Shown in pieces: positions 1-6,700 of a stretch of DNA of 28,465 nucleotides (position 1 is the first letter of the stretch; each line of letters starts with the position of its first letter). The notes under the pieces were generated by a model. It was not told where the DNA came from. It did not search any database and saw nothing but the letters and a program-made list of their open reading frames with translations. This DNA is from a virus (taxonomy: Duplodnaviria > Caudoviricetes). The stretch is taken from positions 1-28,465 of the IMG/VR virus record IMGVR_UViG_3300025438_000100, one strand, 5' to 3'. Position numbers and translations under genes: made by a program.

Positions 1-14
1 GAGGATAACGAAAA

Positions 15-71
15 ATGACATTTTTTATTCCTTTTCTGATAACTATTTATTGCATAGTATCTCAAGCATAA
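15..71 (+). CDS. putative 18-aa hydrophobic micropeptide (MTFFIPFLITIYCIVSQA)
   Basis: GAGGA at 1-5, ATG at 15, TAA at 69-71, terminator directly after; translated by hand. Confidence 0.4.
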   Translation: MTFFIPFLITIYCIVSQA

Positions 72-76
72 CAAGC

Positions 77-101
77 AAAAAGAGGGCTTGCGCCCTCTTT
101 T
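77..101. terminator. bidirectional intrinsic terminator
   Basis: AAAAGAGGGC-TTGC-GCCCTCTTTT inverted repeat with A/T tails, between convergent ORFs 15..71 and 103..294. Confidence 0.85.
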
Positions 102-102
102 C

Positions 103-294
103 TTATAATTCGCGGATCGGCCTTTCCAAACCTTTCAGAGTTGTTTGTTTTACCACATTTGAGTCTGGCAATTGATTTAGTGAATCCTCTAACATAATAG
201 ACAAGCGCCCGACCATATAGGCATACTTTGATTCGTAGCCCTTCGCATCATCAAGCAACTTTCGAACTAGGGGCGATACAGATACGTTAGTCAT
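103..294 (-). CDS. hypothetical phage protein, 63 aa
   Basis: SD GGAGA, sigma70-like promoter upstream, terminator downstream. Confidence 0.75.
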   Translation of the reverse strand: MTNVSVSPLVRKLLDDAKGYESKYAYMVGRLSIMLEDSLNQLPDSNVVKQTTLKGLERPIREL

Positions 295-342
295 TTTGAA
301 ATTCTCCAGCTAGGCGGGGTTATTCCCGCTTTCCTTAGAATC

Positions 343-371
343 ACTATGCGCCTTCTCAGGTGATTCGTCAA
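343..371 (-). promoter_or_regulatory. sigma70-type promoter for ORF 103..294
   Basis: Minus strand TTGACG-17 nt-CATAGT, then a GCGGG/CCCGC 5'-UTR hairpin and SD. Confidence 0.75.
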
Positions 372-457
372 ACAAAAAACACGCTTTTCACATCACAGAG
401 TGTTTCAATCTTTGTAGACCTGTAATAATACATGATCGCGATTTTTACCGTTCTCTC

Positions 458-486
458 TTGACTCCTTATGCTGATTCCATTAAACT
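458..486 (+). promoter_or_regulatory. sigma70-type rightward promoter
   Basis: TTGACT-17 nt-TAAACT; repeat ends at about the expected +1. Confidence 0.6.
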
Positions 487-494
487 GGCGCGAT

Positions 495-520
495 TTGCGA
501 ATCACCTAAATGATTCGCAA
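495..520. other. perfect 10-bp inverted repeat (terminator or operator)
   Basis: TTGCGAATCA-CCTAAA-TGATTCGCAA, followed by TCTTTT on +. Confidence 0.6.
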
Positions 521-524
521 TCTT

Positions 525-725
525 TTATATCTTATATAGCCAAAATTTGATTTTGTCTATAATATTGCCAGTATCAGCCGCCGCTTGCAATGTTACATTG
601 TAACAAAATGTGCAACCATAAATTGAGTGTTTTGGAGCAGAACAACGGCACCCCATAGGGCCCCGCCGATTCTCAAAACAGGGATGCAAGGCTTGCTCGG
701 TCCCAAGTCTTGGTAGGTCGTTCAT
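525..725 (-). CDS. hypothetical Cys/His-rich protein, 66 aa
   Basis: SD GGAGG; last of three coupled ORFs; CRC and CTFC motifs. Confidence 0.7.
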   Translation of the reverse strand: MNDLPRLGTEQALHPCFENRRGPMGCRCSAPKHSIYGCTFCYNVTLQAAADTGNIIDKIKFWLYKI

Positions 726-726
726 T

Positions 727-885
727 CTAGCCCTCCCTATTCATATCAGTGTCGAGTCTAACGATTAAACCCTCTAACGTGTCATACGAATAGATCCATT
801 CCCAGTCGCAATTCCATCCATCCTCTTTTGTTGTGGCTTCCCACATGTTTTTCTTTTGGCGAATAAGGTAATGACCATGAGTCAT
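727..885 (-). CDS. hypothetical protein, 52 aa (MTHGHYLIRQKKNMWEATTKEDGWNCDWEWIYSYDTLEGLIVRLDTDMNREG)
   Basis: Not in ORF track; SD GGAGG; 1-nt gaps to both neighbours. Confidence 0.75.
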   Translation of the reverse strand: MTHGHYLIRQKKNMWEATTKEDGWNCDWEWIYSYDTLEGLIVRLDTDMNREG

Positions 886-886
886 T

Positions 887-1051
887 TTAGCCCTCCACTT
901 CGCAGGTCAATTCGACCTGAGCAACAAACAGGCCCGATTGTTCAAAGTCTTGCAGCACAGTTTCGCAATCTTGCTCTGACATGTTATAGTCTAACACCCA
1001 CGATTCGTTGAAAAAAGACATGAGAGTCGCGACCAGTGCAAAAGTTTTCAT
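887..1051 (-). CDS. hypothetical protein, 54 aa (MKTFALVATLMSFFNESWVLDYNMSEQDCETVLQDFEQSGLFVAQVELTCEVEG)
   Basis: Not in ORF track; SD GAGG; hydrophobic N-terminus, two Cys; stop 1 nt before the next ATG. Confidence 0.75.
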   Translation of the reverse strand: MKTFALVATLMSFFNESWVLDYNMSEQDCETVLQDFEQSGLFVAQVELTCEVEG

Positions 1052-1128
1052 TTTATAACCTCGTTTTTTGACTTCGTTTTCTAACTTAGATTAGGCACTT
1101 GCACAAGTCCCATTCTGAGGTAGAAGAA

Positions 1129-1154
1129 GGGATGTGACATTTTTGCCACACCCC
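1129..1154 (-). terminator. intrinsic terminator after ORF 1164..1412
   Basis: GGGGTGTGGCA-AAAA-TGTCACATCCC (11 bp, two G.U pairs that form only on minus strand), then TTCTTCT. Confidence 0.7.
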
Positions 1155-1163
1155 CTAGTGTTG

Positions 1164-1412
1164 CTATTCCGCAACACCGATCTTTTGCAAAAATGCCAAG
1201 TCGATTTCCATTGACATGGGGATTCCTTGGCGCTCGGCTTTTTCGCCGGGATGCGTGATTTTTACGCTTGCGGCGTCTGATTCGACTTGGGTAACAATCT
1301 TCTTGACAGGAACCCAAATGCCGCGACCGGGATTTGCGGCGTCCAATACAAGACGAATCGCCTTTTCTGTGGTTTGAGTAACGAAACCTGCGAGGATTTT
1401 TGTATCGGTCAT
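1164..1412 (-). CDS. hypothetical phage protein, 82 aa
   Basis: Promoter and SD from repeat copy 2; TEKAI...WVP motif seen in small phage proteins. Confidence 0.8.
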   Translation of the reverse strand: MTDTKILAGFVTQTTEKAIRLVLDAANPGRGIWVPVKKIVTQVESDAASVKITHPGEKAERQGIPMSMEIDLAFLQKIGVAE

Positions 1413-1611
1413 TTTGAAATTCTCCAGCTAGGCGGGGTTATTCCCGCTTTCCTTAGAATCACTATGCGCCTTCTCAGGTGATTCGTCAAACAAAAAACAC
1501 GTTTTTCACATCACAGAATGTTTCAGTTTTAGCCGACCCGTAACAATACGTGATCGCGATTTTTACCGTTCTCTCTTGACTCCTTATGCTGATTCCATTA
1601 AACTGGCGCGA
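1408..1611. repeat. 204-bp direct repeat copy 2 (divergent promoter cassette)
   Basis: Matches 290-493; leftward promoter 1461-1489, rightward promoter 1576-1604. Confidence 0.95.
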
Positions 1612-1641
1612 ATCATCTAATGATTTCAAGCACTTAGCAGT

Positions 1642-1656
1642 GTTCACGTTTTGTTC
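1642..1656 (+). promoter_or_regulatory. candidate alphaproteobacterial LexA (SOS) box
   Basis: GTTC-ACGTTTT-GTTC matches GTTC-N7-GTTC; imperfect reverse copy TAAC-N7-GAAC at 1673-1687. Confidence 0.45.
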
Positions 1657-1707
1657 CGCTGGCGCGTTTTTGTAACATTTCGTGAACAAGAAAAGCCGTC
1701 TTACCGC

Positions 1708-1736
1708 TTGCGAATCACTGCGATCAGCCCTATATT
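1708..1736 (+). promoter_or_regulatory. sigma70-type promoter for HNH gene
   Basis: TTGCGA-17 nt-TATATT with CGAATCA overlapping the -35. Confidence 0.65.
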
Positions 1737-1763
1737 CTATGTATAGACAAAGGGAAAAGCCAA

Positions 1764-2096
1764 ATGACTAAGATGAAAAAACAATCCATCCCCGCCGCAA
1801 CCCGCGCGATCGTAATGGCCTCACATGACTCTTGCGTAGCATGCGGCACATGGGATGCAAACGACTGCGGCCACCTAGTCGCCGAGGCAAATGGTGGTGG
1901 CGTTGAACCTTCGAACCTAGTGCGCTTGTGTAGCGCTTGCAACGGCGCACAAGGCACCGCAAGCGTAGTGTTTGGCGCCTTCGCACCTCGCGAACTTGAG
2001 CCTGCTCTGGTCATCTCACGCCGCGCCTATTGGGTAACATACTGCGGCGCGGCACGTATGTCTCGCCTCAAGCTCAAGCCTTATCGTCCGGTATAG
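1764..2096 (+). CDS. HNH endonuclease
   Basis: CVAC...GH...GG...NL...CSACN zinc-binding HNH signature. Confidence 0.85.
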   Translation: MTKMKKQSIPAATRAIVMASHDSCVACGTWDANDCGHLVAEANGGGVEPSNLVRLCSACNGAQGTASVVFGAFAPRELEPALVISRRAYWVTYCGAARMSRLKLKPYRPV

Positions 2097-2102
2097 CAGA
2101 GA

Positions 2103-2128
2103 GAGGCGTGGCAGAAATGTCACGCCTC
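2103..2128 (+). terminator. terminator-like hairpin after HNH gene
   Basis: GAGGCGTGGCA-GAAA-TGTCACGCCTC, then CATTATTT. Confidence 0.7.
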
Positions 2129-2352
2129 CATTATTTCATAGTGTAACAATTCGTGATGTATAGGGGGCGGTTAGGAGGACTAGTGTTGCATATTTATCAC
2201 AAAGCCCATTCTCAGGAACCTTATACAAGAAATTCTGAATTTCTCCGAGAGCGACAACGCACCCTTTGAAAGGCTAAGCCTTACTTAGGCGCTATAAACT
2301 AACATACTCCGTATGATTATTATAAAGGCGTTACCCCCGCCTTATGAACTCC

Positions 2353-2430
2353 GTTCAAACGTATGTTCAGCGTCAGTTCAGCGTAAGTTCAGGCTTTGTT
2401 TAACGTCTGTTCAAGCTCTGTTCAACGTTA
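2353..2430 (+). repeat. degenerate 11-bp tandem array (GTTCA-N6)
   Basis: GTT(C/T) at 2365, 2376, 2387, 2398, 2409, 2420; also 2353, 2450, 2472, 2504. Confidence 0.85.
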
Positions 2431-2504
2431 ATAGCTGCTTATGAAATTGGTTCAAACGTTATTTAGGATCTGTTCAAGCGCCTGCACAAACTATATCGCC
2501 CATG

Positions 2505-2573
2505 TTCAATGCTTATTACATACGAATAAGACTTTCAATGCTTAATCAAGAAGAATAAGATTTTCAATGCTTA
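2505..2573 (+). repeat. 29-bp-period direct repeats
   Basis: TTCAATGCTTA at 2505, 2534, 2563; last two preceded by GAATAAGA. Confidence 0.8.
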
Positions 2574-2819
2574 TGAAGATTGAGTTGAAAAATTGCATTC
2601 TAAGATATTTTATAAGATCAGTTGTAGCTATGCGAGATATAATGCTAATAATTATGAGGAACTCAATATTATTTACAAACCAATTTTGTTGATGTTAATG
2701 TACGTTTGTTCAACTCTAACGGCCTAAGCATAGCATCATCGCAGCCTTAGAATTTTTCTGGACCACTAATATAGCAAAGATTCTAGCATCTTTCTATAAA
2801 AAATTTTACAAAAATATGT

Positions 2820-2849
2820 TTGGACAGTGCTGTGTTTTTGGATTAGAAT
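2820..2849 (+). promoter_or_regulatory. putative late promoter
   Basis: TTGGACA-17 nt-TAGAAT upstream of the first late gene. Confidence 0.6.
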
Positions 2850-2878
2850 TAATAATATACAACTGTGAGGAATAATTA

Positions 2879-3313
2879 ATGTATGCAAAGATTCAAGCTG
2901 TACGAGCAGCTCTAGGCGTTATTGGTCCTGTTGTTCCTGGCTATCTAAATGAGGTTAATGATTTTCCTTCTGTTGCTATCCTTCGTCCTCAACGTCGTCG
3001 CCAGCATCTAGGTGCAGGGACTATACTTCATGTTCTGCGAGCAACTGTTCGTGGTTATGTACGTACTAGCGAGGATGACTCGATACAAGATACAGAAGCC
3101 ACGTGTAGAGATATAGAATACGTACTACAACATCTAAACAATGGCATTGACTCAACTGATACTGTTTTAGATACAGCTCTTAATGAGGCGCTAACTGCGG
3201 ATCAACTATCGTTGTTTGATGATGTTCGTGTTTTAGAGGTTTCAACAGACGAAGGCTTAATGACTCCTTATGGAGTATGTGAATTAGAAATAGAGGCGAG
3301 CTGGTATGAATAA
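2879..3313 (+). CDS. tail-terminator-like protein (paralog of 21610..22059; T5 p142-like)
   Basis: NDFP, VRGYV...DIE and VSTDEGLMTPYGVCE align with the 21610 ORF; SD GAGG. Confidence 0.75.
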   Translation: MYAKIQAVRAALGVIGPVVPGYLNEVNDFPSVAILRPQRRRQHLGAGTILHVLRATVRGYVRTSEDDSIQDTEATCRDIEYVLQHLNNGIDSTDTVLDTALNEALTADQLSLFDDVRVLEVSTDEGLMTPYGVCELEIEASWYE

Positions 3314-3752
3314 TGAACTTCTACCTCCACTGACTAACATCGATGCTCTAAATAATAGTTTAGACACTCCTGCTTTAGATCCAGTCGTTCTCTCTATTGC
3401 AAACGACTATCTTGCAGGAGACTCAATTGAACTGATTGCTGAATCTTACGGTATTTCCCGTGATAGAGTTACCTCAGTTCTTGATAAAAAAGAAGTACAA
3501 AGCTATGTAGATTCAGTCTTTGCTACACAAGGCTATCTAAATCGTTCAAAACAGATTGATGTTATTAATCGTGTTATTGACGCAAAACTTGAAGAAGCTC
3601 TAGAGACCGGTGTATTTACCAAGAAAGACCTACTTGATTGGATGAAGCATCTACAAGACGTTCAGACTACTTTAAAGCCAAAAGAAAGCGGCCCTAAAGT
3701 AGCAGTTCAAATTAATAATTATGAACGTCTTATGAAGGATTTAATGGAATAA
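3306..3752 (+). CDS. terS: terminase small subunit (T5-like)
   Basis: N-terminal HTH-like segment, EVQSYVDSVF..GYLNR, KLEEALETG and QINN as in T5-type TerS. Confidence 0.8.
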   Translation: MNNELLPPLTNIDALNNSLDTPALDPVVLSIANDYLAGDSIELIAESYGISRDRVTSVLDKKEVQSYVDSVFATQGYLNRSKQIDVINRVIDAKLEEALETGVFTKKDLLDWMKHLQDVQTTLKPKESGPKVAVQINNYERLMKDLME

Positions 3753-6700
3753 TGGCAACAATTAGAATTCTAGAACTAGACGAGCTAAACGCAGCAGCGA
3801 TAACAGACAATCTTGTGGTTGTCGATGCTTCTGCTAATACTACTATGCGTATATCAATGGCTAACGTTTTTGCATCACCTACAACTATTGGTAGTGTCAC
3901 TCCTGGTGATGCTACTTTTGATGAAGTAGTTATAAATGATAGCCTAGATATTTCTGGTGTTACAGTTACAGGTTATACTGGTTCTGAAATTAAAACTGCG
4001 TATGAAGGCGAAGCAAGTGCGTTTACTGACGCTCAGTTCACTAAGCTTGGTAACATTGAAACTGCCGCTACCGCAGACCAAACAGCTGCTCAGATTAAAG
4101 CTGCTTATGAAGGCGAAGCAAGTGCGTTTACTGACGCTCAGTTCACTAAGCTAGGTAATATTGAAACTGCCGCTGACGTAACAGACGCGACTAATGTTAA
4201 CGCTGCTGGCGCGGTTATGAACTCTGATACCTCAACTGCGCCTATGTCTTTTGTAATTGATGAAGATAACATGGCCTCTGACAGTGCTACTAAAGTACCA
4301 ACTCAGCAATCAGTTAAGGCTTATGTATCGTCTTCTATTGCTTCGCAGGTGGTATATAAAGGTGGCTATAACGCAGCAACCAACTCTCCTGATCTAGACA
4401 CTAATCCTAGCACTATCCTAACTGGCTGGATGTATACAGTTACCCACGCTGGTAACTTCTTCTCTGCCGCAGTAGAGGTTGGTGATGTACTTATCGCTGA
4501 GCAAAACGATCCCGACGAAGCTGCTAATTGGACTATTGTTAACAAAGATTTAGACGCAGCTTCCATTAAAGTATCCTATGAAGGTAACTCAGATACTAAT
4601 GCGTTTACTGACGCTTTTGAGACTAAGCTAACTAATATTGAGACCGCAGCTACCGCTGACCAGACTGCTGGAGAGATTAAAGCTGCTTATGAAGGCGAAA
4701 GCAACGCCTTTACTGATGCTCTGTTTACTAAACTTGGAAACATTGAGACCGCAGCTACAGCCGATCAAACTGCTGGACAGATTAAGACTGCTTATGAAGG
4801 TAACTCAGATACTAACGCCTTTACTGACGCTTTTGAAACTAAGCTAACTAACATTGAAACCTCAGCGACAGCGGATCAATCTGCTGCTGAGATTAAAGCC
4901 GCTTACGAAGGTGAGAGCAGCGCCTTCACAGATGCTCTGTTTACTAAGCTTGGCAACATTGAAACCGCAGCTACTGCCGATCAAACTGCTGGACAGATTA
5001 AAACTGCTTACGAAAGTAACTCAGACACTAATGCGTTCACCGATGCTGATCACACCAAGCTAGATAATATAGAAGCGTCAGCGACAGCTGACCAATCAGC
5101 AGCTCAGATTAAAGCCGCTTATGAAGGCGAGTCTAACGCCTTCACTGACGCATTATTTACTAAGCTGGGAAACATTGAGACAGCAGCTACTGCGGATCAA
5201 TCAGCAGCGCAGATTAAAGCTGCTTACGAAGGCGAAAGCAACGCCTTTACAGATGCTCTGTTTACTAAACTCGGTAACATTGAGACCGCAGCTACCGCTG
5301 ATCAAACGGCAGGACAGATTAAAACCGCTTATGAAGGTAACTCAGATACTAATGCCTTTACCGACGCTTTTGAAACTAAGCTAACTAATATTGAGACAGC
5401 TGCTACAGCCGATCAATCAGCAGCGCAGATTAAAGCTGCTTATGAGGGTGAAAGCAACGCCTTTACAGACGCACTGTTTACTAAACTTGGTAACATTGAA
5501 ACCGCGGCTACTGCGGATCAAACGGCAGGACAGATTAAGACTGCTTATGAAGGTAACTCAGATACTAACGCGTTTACTGACGCTTTTGAAACTAAGCTAA
5601 CTAATATTGAAACCGCAGCTACAGCCGATCAAACTGCTGGACAGATTAAGACTGCTTATGAAGGTAACTCAGATACTAACGCGTTTACTGACGCTGATCA
5701 CTCTAAGCTAGATAATATTGAAGCGTCAGCTGACGTAACAGATGCAACTAATGTTGATGCTGCTGGTGCGGTTATGAACTCAGACAGCTCCACTGCTGCA
5801 ATGTCTTTTGTGATTGATGAAGATAATATGTCTTCTAATAGTGCTACTAAAGTCCCAACCCAACAGTCAGTTAAGGCTTACGTTGCATCTTCTATCGCGT
5901 CTCAAGTAGTATATAAGGGCGGTTATAACGCTGCAACCAACTCTCCTGATTTAGATACTAATCCTAGCAGTGTGCTATTAGGTTGGATGTATACAGTTAC
6001 ACATGCTGGTACTTTCTTTTCAACAGCTGTTGAGGTTGGTGACGTACTTATTGCTGAGCAAAACGACCCTGATGAAGCAGCTAATTGGACTATTGTTAAC
6101 AGAGATTTAGACGCAGCCTCCATTAAAGCAACCTACGAGAGTAACTCAGATACTAACGCGTTTACTGACGCTGATCACTCTAAACTAAACGCTATAGAAG
6201 CTTCAGCGACAGCTGACCAATCAGCGTCTCAAATTAAAGCCGCTTATGAAGGCGAAGCTAACGCCTTTACTGATGCTCTGTTTACTAAACTTGGTACCAT
6301 TGAAACCTCAGCTACTGCGGATCAATCAGCAGCTCAAATTAAAGCTGCTTATGAAGGTGAATCTAATGCATTCACTGATACACAATTCACCAAGCTAAGT
6401 AATATTGAAGCTAACGCTACTGCGGATCAATCAGCAGCCCAAATTAAAGCTGCTTATGAAGGCGAATCTAATGCCTTTACGGATGCCCTGTTTACTAAAC
6501 TTGGTACTATTGAAACCTCTGCTACCGCTGACCAATCAGCGACTCAAATTAAGAGTGCTTATGAAGGTAATTCAAATACTAACGCCTTCACTGATGCTGA
6601 TCACACAAAACTTAATAATATTGAGACAGCAGCTACTGCGGATCAATCAGCTGCCGAAATTAAAGCTGCTTACGAAGGCGAAAGCAACGCCTTTACTGAT

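Larger units (their letters stand above)
290..493. repeat. 204-bp direct repeat copy 1 (divergent promoter cassette)
   Basis: Near-identical to 1408-1611 (offset 1118); mismatches only in the central part. Confidence 0.95.

Noticed and set aside
1081-2014. ORFs 1081..1317, 1287..1481, 1486..1689, 1730..2014 and 1768..1986
   Set aside because: They overlap better-supported genes or the promoter cassette and lack a convincing SD; shadow ORFs
2353-2573. Repeat arrays as a CRISPR or mini-CRISPR
   Set aside because: Repeats are 4-21 bp with 7-18 nt gaps, too short for repeat-spacer units; no cas genes
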